Assembly (NCBI GenBank): GCA_030390025.1 | Contig: JASTWF010000035.1 | Location: 1,488,001-1,552,000, forward strand | Source of the DNA: Squalus acanthias | Taxonomy: Eukaryota | Direction of reading: 5' to 3' | DNA: 64,000 nucleotides | Position numbers and translations under genes: made by a program | In this document: piece by piece, positions 48,728 through 59,976 of the stretch | How positions within the stretch are numbered: the first letter of the stretch is position 1 | Layout of the letters: each line of letters opens with the position of its first letter | Notes under the pieces: generated by a model | What the model saw: only the letters and a program-made list of their open reading frames with translations | What the model was told of the DNA's origin: nothing | Databases searched by the model: none

Positions 48728-49184
48728 CAATCTGCGTGCGCAGGTGGTCGCAGCGGTAAGTTTTAACGCCGCCACACAATCTCTAGTTAAGTTCCCGAGC
48801 GGCGCAAACATCGCTGCGCCCGGGCATTAGCGGCTTTGCGCCCCATTAGCGCCCTCTTAAGGCGCTAACGGGAGACGCAACCAACTGAATTTTTACCCCT
48901 CGATGTTTTATTTTGGAATTTGGAAAGAGTGGGAATTTCTGGTAAGTATTGGGTAAGTAGTAGATGTAAAAAGTGAACTTTAGTTTAACATTTTGATTTT
49001 AACCTTGAACTTTAAAAACTGTAGTTAACAGAAGCTGCCTGCCAGTGGCAGATAACTGTCAGTCAGCTGTAAGTGTTTGTCTTGAATAGGTGCTAATCAC
49101 CAGGAGCAGGGGAGCTGAGTCAACACTTGTAAATTGGGTGAGGCTCCTAGAATATAAGAGTGAACAGGTCTGCAGAGCTGCAGA

Positions 49185-49809
49185 GTATTGTGCAACGAGA
49201 AAGAGTTAATTAATAACCTTGCAGTAAAGGGGCCTTTAGGGAAGAGTGACCATAATATGATAGAATGTTATATTGAGTTTGAAAGTGATTTAGTTAAGTC
49301 AGAATCTAGGGTCTTAAATCTAAACAAAGCAAACTACGTAGGTATGATGTGCAAGTTGGCTAAGGTAGATTGGGAAACTACATTAAAAGGTATGATTGTA
49401 GACAAGCAATGGCGAGCATTTAAAGAATTAATACGTAATTTACAACAAATATATATTCCTTCAAGGCACAAAATCCCCACAGGGAAAGTGGTCCAACCGT
49501 GGCTTACAAGAGAAATTAAAGATAGTATTAGATCAAAGGATGAGGCTGATAATGTTGCCAAAAAGAGTAGTGAGTCTGAGGATTGGGAGAATTTTAGAAT
49601 TCAGCAAAGGAGGACCAAGAAATTGATCAAGAAAGGGAAAATAGAATGAGAGTAAACTAGCGAGAGACTTAAAAACAGACTGTAAAAGCTTCTATAGGTA
49701 TGTAAAAAGGAAAAGATTAGCCAAAGTAAATGTGGGTCCCTTAAAGGCTGAGACAGGAGAAATTATAATGGGGAATAAGGAAATGGAAGAGAATTTAAAC
49801 AAATACTTT
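49185..49809 (+). mobile_element. CR1 ORF2 fragment
   Basis: LGKSDHNMIE...PWLTREI, homologous to 9280-9900. Confidence 0.85.
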
Positions 49810-50339
49810 GGGCTCGATTTTGCCAGGCGCGAGGAGGCGGGATTGGAGGCGTATGAGTTGTTAAAATCACCAAAAATGGTGGGCGGGATCGATCCCACCT
49901 CCATCCCGCCTCCGCGCAATTTTCCAAAAAGTGTGTTTTCTGACCCCCTTTCCATCCCGCCTCCAAGAGGCGGGATAGGCCCTTAAGGCCCTTAGCAACC
50001 ACTTAATAGCCTCTATAATCCCATTTTGAGAGGCTTTTCCGATTTTTAGTCATTCCCCCCATCCCTCACGCCTCCTCTGGAACACGCCAGGTAATGCTGG
50101 CGGCCTCACAAGTGGATTGCTTATGAACAGCTGCAGCTCCACCATTACAAAGGAGTTTTCACCAATGATCATTTGCAGGTGGCAGAACTTTGTTGTTTCA
50201 GGTCTGGGGGAACTTTTAGCAGGCCTACTCAGTGTTGTGGAAGTTTGGAGCCTGACACCCATCTCCAGTGTGACCTCCTGGGAAACCCCTCTCCCCACCT
50301 TGACTAAGCACTTCCTCAACTGAGGCATATACCAGAAGC

Positions 50340-50566
50340 ATGGCGACCATTTAATTCCTTTCCTCCTGGACATCAGATTCGGATGAAGACCAGCCGCGGC
50401 AGCAGCAGAACCATGAGCAACAGCAGCACCAACAGCAGGAGCATCAACAGGAGTGCCAAGCTGCTAGTCACCCACCTGAAGATGCACAGGCCAGAAGGCG
50501 CCAGAGCACGACCATATTGCTGCCCGGGATGCAAGGGACGCATTCATGTTGGTCACATTTGTTTAG
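50340..50566 (+). pseudogene. Probable internally deleted Harbinger transposase remnant
   Basis: A Q-rich N-terminal-like stretch is followed, in another frame, by ARDARDAFMLVTFV*. This resembles the intact transposase C-terminus ARAVRQRLIASRF* and sits in the expected position. Confidence 0.45.
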
Positions 50567-52602
50567 CATGTACAATCAAACACTTCTGCCTCGCACCTTC
50601 TTACCAGAGCATCGACAATGGACAAGAACCTGCGGATTCCTATCACTCTGACCACCATACTGACAATTGCAAGTTGCTCTAAGCCCTCAATGTGGAAGTC
50701 CCATTTGCGAAATGATACAGGCCACAACTTCAACAGTTTGCCATCAGAATTTTTTATCACAACAAGCAACTGGTGGCATTTCAAAAATAAACACAATATA
50801 ACACCCAAGTGACTACCCTTGTGACTACTTTTGCATTATCTTCCTCTTACACGTGCTCCTATGTGGTGCTTCCCCTGTGGCTTCAGCAGATGTGGAGGCC
50901 CCTTGCTCACTTTCTTGCTGCTCCTGTCTTGACACCTTTGGTGGCTGTCCTCTGGGGTTGCGAACCTGTGAGGGCTCGGCCAACAGTCTGCTGCTCCTGC
51001 GGCTGTGCAGGGGATGAGACGCCCATCTCAGTTGGGTGGGGACTCTGGTGGGGCTCTGACCGAGGGCTTTGCAGTGGCATGGTCGTTTGAGCGCTTGGAG
51101 AGGAGCCCTCACTTCCTTGATGTCTGCCACCAACATCCCTCTCATGGGTCAGCCCCACTTCAGAGCTAGCAAGTGGCTTGACAGCACCTTGCTGCACTTC
51201 AGGGGGGCCATGAGGACCCATTTCTGCACTGGAAGTCCTACTCCAGAGGACTTCCATGAAGGTCTGGTTTCTATGCTCAGTACCTGACCATCGCTCCTCA
51301 AGAGATGCCAGTCTATTCTGAACAATGACCATGTTTTCTACACTCTGGCGACTTAGCTCCTCCATGGCCGTAGCCATCCTCTCCTCTACTGTAGCCATCC
51401 TTTCCACAGAGGTTGCCATCCTTTCCGTGGTGATGCATTCATGTGCCAATGCCTCCACAAAGGCTCTGCTCATGTTCGCGATGGACTCCTCCATTCGCTC
51501 CACACTCGCAGCGACCCTGGAGACAAAACCTGCCAGAGACTCCTGCACCTGTTCCTGGAGTTCCAGCACCGCTCTCGTTCTGGATGGACCCGGAGGCACA
51601 GGATCGACATGCAGCTGAGCCGAGCTGGTGGGGTCCTGCGCCCTCCGCGAGGACTCTCCACTGCTGTCCCTGTCTCCACCATCTGCTGATGCTCACTTGT
51701 GAGCTGTGATACACCAGGTGCCAACACTACTCTATCTCGCGAAGGTCCCACCGAGGTGTAAGTTTCTGCGCTGGTGCTGGGTGCGCTGAATTCTGCTGAG
51801 GCTGCGCCCTCAGAGGTTGCAGCTTCCTCTGAGGAGTCTGGAAACTCAGGCTCTTCCTCCTGGACAGTGGGGACGGGGGCTTTCGATGGTCCTGTGGGGG
51901 AGTAAAGGAAAAAGTTAGAGATGTGAGGTCAAGGTTACATGAACATTGAATAGTGTAGATGATCATAAGTCAATCTGTTAGAGCATCAGATTCATTATCA
52001 GTGACTCATGTAATGTCAATGAGAGAGATGCCAAACTATTCTGTCACCAGCTTGCTGCGATGCACCCATCTGTCCGTTCCCCACTTGGGAATCCTCCTGA
52101 ATCCCGGCGATTTCCAAGGCCGCCTCCTCCCAGACGGTGAGCTGGGCTACTGAGGGTGGCCCTCCTCCTGTCCTCGCTCTTTCCCTCTTATTGTGAGCTC
52201 TTTTTTCCTGCAATGAGGGACACAAGTGAAGTTTGAGTGAGAATGAAGGAGTGAGTGTAGATAATCCATAGCATAGATGCTTAGAAGGATACAAAGGACC
52301 ATCCCTGTGTGTTGAAAGTTGTTGTTGTCATGTCATCACAGTGATAGGGAGTGTGAGGGCTGCATGGTTGAATAATTAAGTGAATGTGACCTTCGAGAGA
52401 GAGGGAATGGGTAAGGGTGCAGGCATGTAAGTGTCAAGTGGGATGTGGAGGAAGAGGTTGGCAAAGCAGAGTGCTGGTGAGGAGAGGCGATGGGGATCAG
52501 ATTGAGGGTGATGGGAAATTCATACTCACTTTTCCTGTGCGGAGAAGATCATGAAACCTCTTCCTCCATTGCAGCCAGGTTCTGCAGCTCATTGAAATGG
52601 AG

Positions 52603-52911
52603 AAGTCGCACAACACCAGGTTATAGTCCAACAGTTTAATTTGAAATCACAAGCTTTCGGAGCTGCTGCCCCTTCGTCAGGTGAAGTGAAGCAATACGAA
52701 TCGGCAAAGCATATATAGACAGAGAACAATGCATGTGTAACGTACAATGTCAGACGACTACATTTAATCCTTCTGACTGCCTTTCGTCACACCTCGGCAG
52801 AGAAACAATCAGATCAGCCAGGAAGGCACCACATCAAAGACATAGCAAGATACAACTGAGACAATGAGGTGGGATCACAGGGGGTCTAATGTGTCAAATG
52901 CAGTCTGTATG
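52603..52911 (-). mobile_element. Penelope-like 3'-end fragment inserted in exon 1 of the Harbinger family-2 Myb gene
   Basis: Matches the pLTR at 17640-17730. 9-bp TSD gaaatggag (52594, 52912). Confidence 0.85.
52647..52684 (-). ncRNA. Minimal hammerhead ribozyme motif
   Basis: On -: tcac-CTGACGA-a-ggggc(agca)gctcc-GAAA-gctt-gtga. Confidence 0.7.
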
Positions 52912-53389
52912 GAAATGGAGTTGACCTCCTGGGCCACTTGCAGCCACACAGCTTTTGTCTGCTGGGGTGGCTTTTTTCTCCCTGAGAAAAGGAACAGCAC
53001 CTCCTTATTACATCTGGCTCCGTGCACCAGAGCTTGGAGGGAGGGCTCATCAAACCGAGGTGCACACTTTTGCTTGATCGTGGACATTGTCGGGAAATCA
53101 ACACCTTCATACAATTTGCAGAGCCTTTGCAGTCTCCAGAGGAAGCAAGGCTGCTTGCAGGTCTTAAATCCAGCAGCATTGATGACGTCATCGGAGGCGA
53201 CTTTCTGTATGAAAAGACTCATTGGGCCAGGGGTTCCCACACGCAGGAAATCAATTGCCCAATTAGGGGAAAATCCCACTTTTTCAGTACTTCACTTAGG
53301 AGTCGGGGTTCTGACACGATTTCCACCTGACACGCCCCAGCCCGCCCACACTGACAAAATTGTGTCTGTCTGTCCAAAAAAGATGACTG

Positions 53390-53640
53390 AGATTGTTTGG
53401 GCTCGTTTCAAGAATGGAAACAGCTGGAATACCTTTCATGGCTGTGCATACAGAGGTACATGGAACGAGAAGCCGAGGAAGACCAAGGGAGCGCTGGATA
53501 GACAATGTCAAGAGTGACTTGTCACAGAAAAGTACACAGTTCACTGAAGCGGCCAGACAACAATGGAGTGAATTCAATCGGCCCTATCATCGCTGCTGAG
53601 CTGAGCTGATGGACAGGATCGTAGTGGGAGTGGTAGTAGT
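53390..53640 (+). mobile_element. RTE-type LINE 3' end
   Basis: HGTRSRGRPRERWIDNVKSD C-terminal motif and gtagtagt tail. Confidence 0.6.
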
Positions 53641-54788
53641 GTACACACGGGCAGCATGCATCGGGTGTGGAATAGGTCTCGGGCAGTCGACTTTACAGCT
53701 CCTGTACATCCGATGACTCCAATCACATTATTGGCCCACCATGTTGTATCAGAGTATAAAACCGCCACCCAAAGCTGAACATCTTCACTGGGTGACCCTG
53801 GGTTAGGGAAGGGACAACCAGCCTCGGTTCCCACCCAGTGAACCCTGCCGGAAACTATGTTCACCAGCTTGTTTAAGATTAAGATTAAGAAATCTTTAAG
53901 AAATCCTTTTTATGCACAAGAATCATGAATATTGCTTTCATTTTTAGTTAAAATCTTAAAATTAAAAAACAGGCACATGTTGCGGACAGGCAATATCTGT
54001 ATAATGTCAACACATCGTCAGGAAGCAACTGCCATCATATCAAATAGCCTTGGATAGTTCTAATCTTCTCATGGATACATCTATATGTTTACTCTTTACT
54101 GTTTGGGTATTATTAGCTCAACATTCTAAAGGCTCATAAAGGCTCTGCAATGCCTGGTTCTCAGGATATAAGATAAACTGCCTTATCTCTATGGACGCTA
54201 ATAATACCCATTGTAAAACCAAGAGGGATGGTCATGGAGGAGGAGATCTAATGGCCTGTTAGCTGAGTTTAAAAGTGACACCTTTGTAATATGAGGTGTG
54301 GAGATGTAAGGGAGGATCTGGAGGGTTGAACTCATCCGAGTGTAATGTGCGTTCTTCCACGACTGCATCTTCTGTAATCTTGGTGTTGGTCGTGAGTATG
54401 TTGGTTCATTTTGCCTTTAATGAACCTCCAGGCGTTTGGCTACGTTTCAAATCATCATCAATACAGGCCCAGGACGGCAGCACTTTTCTATTTACTAAAA
54501 CAAAAATACATTCCTAACAGTTGAGAACAGCATCGGTCTTGGTTGCAATGCCTTCATTGTTGAATAGCGTGCTGATACTCAGTGCCTAGGCCAAGGTCTG
54601 AAGAATGGTGACTAGGGCGAGGTATGGGAGTGACCCTGACACCTGTGGAGCTCGATGGAATCAGCACCCGCGAGAGGGGCGCCGAGGAAATAGTAGAAAA
54701 AAGAAAGACAAGCAAAATATATCCACAATCAATGCATTTCAAAAACAATGGGCTTCAGCCTGAACTCAGTTGGCAAGACATTGCTCAC

Positions 54789-54867
54789 CAGATCAGTGTC
54801 CTGCTCTGTCACCAGAGTCCCATTCGAATCATAGTGCGATACCTGGAACCCTCTCGGCAAGAGGAGT
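54789..54867 (-). CDS. ADAM metalloprotease prodomain exon, 79 bp
   Basis: ctttcttttttccccacAG|exon|GTgagc. Translates LLLPRGFQVSHYDSNGTLVTEQDTDL, phase 2 to phase 0, matching both neighbouring exons. Confidence 0.9.
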
Positions 54868-55252
54868 CTGTGGGGAAAAAAGAAAGGAACAAGGTTCGAC
54901 CGAATTCGGCTGAATGGCAGAGTCTTCCAGCACTGCTCTATGTCAGATACACATTGTCTGAACCTGTGAGAGAGATACTGAGCGTTACACTAGGAGAAAG
55001 CACAAAGCACTAATACAGCAACGGAAGGACAGAATGAGGCTGAATTATCAAATAGAAATCTTCCTTGAAACAAACTCAAGTCTCCATGCCCATGATCCAG
55101 GACAAGCTCCCACTTTAGAATTGTTGCTCCCGGGAATGGTCTGACTTAGAGTGAAAGGTTCACTTTTCCATCTGACTGTGTAGCTCTGGGTTGCTGCATG
55201 TGTTCATCGTAATGGGGCCAACAAGTAAAATCAGACTATTCTCATCTTCTCA

Positions 55253-55697
55253 GGGTACGGTAACATAGTGGTTGTGTTACTGGGCTAGTAATCCAGAGGC
55301 TTGGACTAATGATCTGGAAACGTGAGTTCAAATCCCACCACGGCAGCTGGGGAATTAAATTCAGTTAATTAAATAAATCTGGAATAAAAAGCTAGTATCA
55401 GTAATGGTGACCATGAAACTACCGGATTGTTGTAAAAACCCATCTGGTTCACTAATGTCCTTTAGGGAAGGAAATCTGCCGTCCTAACCTGGTCTGGCCT
55501 ACATGTGACTCCAGACCCACAGCAATGTGGTTGACTCTTAACTGCCCTCTGCATTGGCCGAACAAGTCACTCAGTTGTACCAAACCGCTACAAAGAAATA
55601 CTGCAGCGGTTCAGGAAGGCAGCTCACCACCACCTTCTCAAGGGCAATTACGGATGGACAATAAATGCTGGCCTTGCCAGCGACGCCTACATCCCGT
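55253..55697 (+). mobile_element. tRNA-derived SINE carrying the LINE family B 3' tail
   Basis: A-box-like taacatagtgg, B box gagttcaaatccc. The 3' part cagcggttc...caagggcaatta.ggatggacaataaatgctggccttgccagcgacgcc matches the family B tail. Confidence 0.8.
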
Positions 55698-55699
55698 TC

Positions 55700-58600
55700 C
55701 AAAGATTCACCACCCTCTGAGTGAAGGAATTTCTCCTCATCTCAGCCCTAAATGGCCGACCCCTTATTCTGAGACTGTGACCCCCTGGTTCTAGACTCCC
55801 CAGCCAGGGGAAACATACTCCCTGCATCTACCCTGTCAAGTCCTGTAAGAATTTTGTATGTTTCAATGAGATCACCTCTCATTCTTCTGAACTCCAGAGA
55901 ATATAGGCCTAGTCTGCTCAATCTCTCCTCGCAGGACAATCCCCCCATCCCAGGAACCAGTTTGGTGAACCATCGCTGCACTCCCTCTATGGCAAGTATA
56001 TCCTTCCTTTGGTAAGGAGACTAAAACTGTACACAATACTCCAGGTGGTCTCACCAGGGCCCTATATAATTGCAGTAAGATGTCTTTACTCTTATACTCC
56101 AATCCTCTTGTAATAAAGGCCAGTATATCATTTGCTTTCCTAATTGCTTGCTGTACCTGCATGTTAACCTTCAGTGATTCGTGTACAAGGACACCCAGGA
56201 CCCTCTGAACACCAAGATTTCCCAATCTCTCACCATTTAAAAAATACTCTGCTTTTCTGTTTTTCCTACCAAAGTGGATAACTTCACATTTCTCCACATT
56301 ATATTCCATTTGCCATGTTCTTGCCCACTCACTTAGCCTGTCTATACCCCCTTGAAGGCTCCTTGCATCCTCCTCACAACTTACATTCCCACCCAGCTTT
56401 GTATCATCAGCAAACTTGGATATATTACATTTGGTCCCCCCATCCAAATCATTGATGTAGATTGTGAATAGCTGAGGCCCAAGCACTGATCCTTGCGGTA
56501 CCCCACTAGTTACAGCCTGCCAACCCGAAAATGACCCGTTTATTCCTGCTCTCTGTTTTCTGTCCATTAACCAATCCTCAATCCATGCGAGTATATTACC
56601 TCTAATCCCATGAGCCCTAATTTTGTTTAATAACCTCTTGTGTGGCACCTTATCGAATGCCTTCTGAAAATCCAAATACACCACATCCATTGGTTCCCCC
56701 TTATCTATTCTGCTAGTTACAACCTCAAAAAACTCTAACAGATTTGTCAAACATGATTTCCCTTTCATAAATCTGTGTTGACTCTGCCCAATCCTAATAT
56801 TATTTTCTAAGTGCCCTGTTACCACGTCCTTAATAATAGATTCTAGCATTTTCCCTACTACTGATGTCAGGCAAACTGGTCTGTAGTTCCCCATTTTCTC
56901 TCTCCCTCCTTTCTTAAATAGTAGGTTTACTTTTGCTACCTTCCAATCCGCGGGAACCATTCCGGAATCTATGGAATTTTGGAAAATGACAACTAATGCA
57001 TCCACTATCTCTATAGCCACCTCTTTCAAAACCCTAGGATGTAGGCCATCAGGTCCAGGGGATTTATCGGCTTTCAGTCCCATTAATTGCTCCAGTACTA
57101 CTTTTTTACTAATACTAATATCTTTCAGTTCCTCATTCTAGCTAGACCCTTGGTTGTCAACTATTTCCGGGAAGTTTTTTGCGTCTTCTTCCGTGAAGAC
57201 AGACACAAAGTATTTGTTTAATTTCTCTGCCATTTCCTTATTCCCCATTATAATTTCTGCTTATAAAATCCTCCCAATCCTCAGGCTTACTACTCTTTTT
57301 GGCAACATTATAAGCCTCTTCCTTTGATCTAATACTATCTTTAACTTCTCTTGTTAGCCACTGTTAGACCACTTTTCCTGTGGGGTTTTTGTGCCTTAAA
57401 GAAATGTATATTTGTAGTATATGATGTATTAATTCTTTAAATGCTAGCCATTGCTTGTCTTCCGTCATACCTTTTAATGTAGTTTCCCAATCTACCTTAG
57501 CCAACTCGCCCCTCATACCTACGTAGTTTGCTTTGTTTAGATTTAAGACCCTAGTTTTGGATTTAACTAAATCACTTTCAAACTCAATATAAAATTCTAT
57601 CATATTATGGTCACTCTTCCCTAAAGGCCCCTTTACTACAAGGTTATTAATTAACCCTTTCTCGTTGCACAATACCAGAACTAAAATCTGTGATGGGGAA
57701 ACTTTTAGAGACAATAATCTGGGACAAAATTAATTGGCATTTGGAAAAGTTAGGGTTAATAAATGAAAGCCAGCACGGATTTGTTAAAGGCAAATCGTGT
57801 TTGACTAACTTGATTGAGTTCTTTTGATGATGTAACGGAGAGAGTTGATGAGGGTAGTGCAGTTGATGTTGTGTATATGGACTTAGAAAAGGCATTTGAC
57901 AAAAGTACCACATACAGGAAACTTTTGTTTATCCGGCACCCAAATATCCGGAATTCTCGCTTAACCGGCAAAAATCATCCTCTGAAAACACCTCTCAAAT
58001 AACCGGCAATGTTGCCGAGTCGCAGTCGAGTCTCCGCAAACGCCGAGTACTCCGAAAACTCCTCTCAAATAACCGGCAATGTTGCCGATCCTGAGTCCGA
58101 GTCCGAGTCCGCGAACGCCGATTTAGTCAGTAGGGGTAGTTTTCAAAAGTACCCAAATACTGTATACTGCACATTTCTTGATTTATTTATTTTTCTTTGT
58201 TAAAAATAGCCTCGGTAGATATAACTCTCCGTTATCCGGTACTTTCGATAAACCGGCACCACGCCGGTCCCGTCGGTGCCGGTTAATAAAGAGTTTCCTG
58301 TAATAGACTTGTTAGCAAAATTGAAGTATTTAGAATTAAAGGGACAGTGGCAGCATGGATACGGGATTGGCTAAGTGACAGGAAACAGAGAGTAGTGGTG
58401 AATGGTGTTTTTTCAGACTGGAGGCTGGTATACAGTGGTGTTCCCTAGAGGTCAATATTATGACCACTGCTCTTTTTGATACATAATAATGACCTGGACT
58501 TGGGTATACAGGGCATCATTTCAAAGTTTGCAGATGACACAAAATTCGGAAATTCGGAAATGTAGTAAACAGTGAGGTGGATATTAACAGACTTCAGGGG

Positions 58601-59420
58601 GACATAGACAGACACGTGGCAGATGCAATGCATCGCATGGAAGTTTTAAGTGATACATTTTGGTAGGAAGAATGAGGAGAGGCAATATAAACTAAATGGT
58701 ACAATTTTAAATGGGGTGCATGAACAGAGAGACCTAGGGGTGTATGTACACAAAGTTTTGACGGTGGCAGGCCATGTTCAGAAGGCTGTTAAAAAAGCAA
58801 ATGGGGTCCTTGGCTTTATTAATAGAGGCATAGAGTACAAAAGCAAGGAAGTTGTGCCAAACCTTTATAAAATACTGCTTCGGCCTCAGCAAACTTGAAG
58901 ATATTACATATAAGCATCCGAGAAGCATCCGGGAAGGCGTCGAACACCTCGAGTCTCTTCGCCGGGAGCAAGCGGAAGCCAAGCGCAGGCAGCGCAAGCA
59001 GTGCACGTCAACCCAAGAACCCCACCCACCCGCCCCTTCAACCACCGTCTGCCCCACCTGTGACAGAGACTGTAGGTCCCACATTGGACTCATCTGTCAC
59101 CTGAGAACTCATTTTTAATGTGGAAGCAAGTCATCCTCGGTTCCGAGGGACTGCCTAAGAAGAAGAAGAAGATTACACTCAGTCCCCTTATCTAAGTCAC
59201 TGATATAGACTGCGGTCCAGTAAATAGCTGAGGCCCAAGCATTGATCCTTGTGGCACTCCACGAGTTACTACCAGCCAACACGAAAATGACCCGTTTATT
59301 CCGACTCTCTGTTTTCTGTTCATTAACCAATCGTCAATCCATGCTAATATATTACCCACATGAGCCCTAATCTTGTGTAACAACCTCCTGTGTGGCACCT
59401 TATCGAATGCCTTTTGAAAA
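55700..59420. mobile_element. CR1 cluster: - (55700-57690), + (57690-58880), RTE 3' end (58890-59172), - fragment (59173-59420)
   Basis: ORF 55872..57083 with RT motifs, plus further fragments. Confidence 0.87.
57915..58300. mobile_element. Tc1/mariner-superfamily (pogo/Tigger-like) MITE
   Basis: TA|CAGGAAACTTTTGTTTATCCGGCA...TGCCGGTTAATAAAGAGTTTCCTG|TA, inserted in a CR1 RT. Confidence 0.88.
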
Positions 59421-59449
59421 TTACTTTAGTATCTTTCCATGATTCGATG

Positions 59450-59670
59450 ATACACTGTCCCATCAAACACTCCAAGGGTACCGCACAGTATGGGTTAGAG
59501 AGGAAGTAAAGCTTCCTTTACACTGTCCCATCAAACACTCCCAGGGCAGGTACAGCGCGGGTTAGATACAGAGAAAATCTCCCTCTACACTGTCCCATCA
59601 AACACTCTCCGGGCCAGTACAGCATGGGTTAGATACAGAGTAAAGCTCCCTTTACACTGTCCCATTATAA
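59450..59670. repeat. About 67-bp minisatellite, about 3 copies
   Basis: cactgtcccatcaaacactcccagggcaggtacagc...gttagatacagagtaaagctccct repeated. Confidence 0.85.
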
Positions 59671-59818
59671 ACATTTTTGACAGGATGCCCCTTCATTTAA
59701 TATTTAAATGTAACTGCTCATTGACCATCCAACTACAGGACAGTGTGACCTTTAACACAAGCTCAGGTGATTAGTGATAGAGTTTTATTCCTCTTTATAT
59801 GAAGCAAGATTTACTCAC

Positions 59819-59895
59819 TTATTTCTCTTGAGATCCAGCGTTAAGTCCTCCCCATCCAGCTCCACCGAGATGCTGACGTGGTTTGTATAGCTCCT
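59819..59895 (-). CDS. ADAM metalloprotease (ADAM15-like; ADAM12/15/19/33 group), prodomain exon, 77 bp
   Basis: Reverse strand reads ttctttgtgccctgcgcAG|exon|GTgagt. It translates to RSYTNHVSISVELDGEDLTLDLKRN(K), phase 0 to phase 2, resembling the ADAM prodomain 'L.LERN' motif. Confidence 0.88.
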
Positions 59896-59976
59896 CTGCG
59901 CAGGGCACAAAGAAGCACTCGTTATTAGACTGCGATTTGTTCATTGAAGCCCCAATACCATCTCGCAAGACAGAAA

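Larger units (their letters stand above)
44683..48899. mobile_element. Full-length PIF/Harbinger DNA transposon (family 1), two convergent genes
   Basis: TIRs GGGGGAAAAATT (44683) and AATTTTTACCCC (ends 48899), GC-rich subterminal GGCGCTAA/TTAGCGCC repeats, a DDE transposase on - and a Myb/SANT gene on +. No exact 3-bp TSD (left AGA, right TCG). Confidence 0.95.
50907..53087 (-). pseudogene. Harbinger Myb/SANT gene, disrupted; exons 53087-52530 (split by insertion), 52207-52048, 51891-50907
   Basis: MSTIKQKCAPRFDEPSLQALV...VWLQVAQEVNSIS[insert]MSCRTWLQWRKRFHDL; exon 2 EKRAHNKRERARTGGG. Same phase 0/1 introns as the family-1 gene. Frameshift near 51600-51630. Confidence 0.82.
49810..53360. 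mobile_element. Decayed Harbinger element (family 2) inserted in a CR1
   Basis: Left end TTT|GGGCTCGATTTT. The right end ...CAAAAT is truncated and resumes the interrupted CR1 sequence (aaatacttt/gtgtctgtc; compare the intact copy near 57200). Contains a Myb gene on - and a probable transposase remnant on +. Confidence 0.82.

Noticed and set aside
54565..54672. Possible structured ncRNA bounded by gtgctgat/atcagcac
   Set aside because: Only a short inverted match with no recognisable family motif. It cannot be supported without a search.
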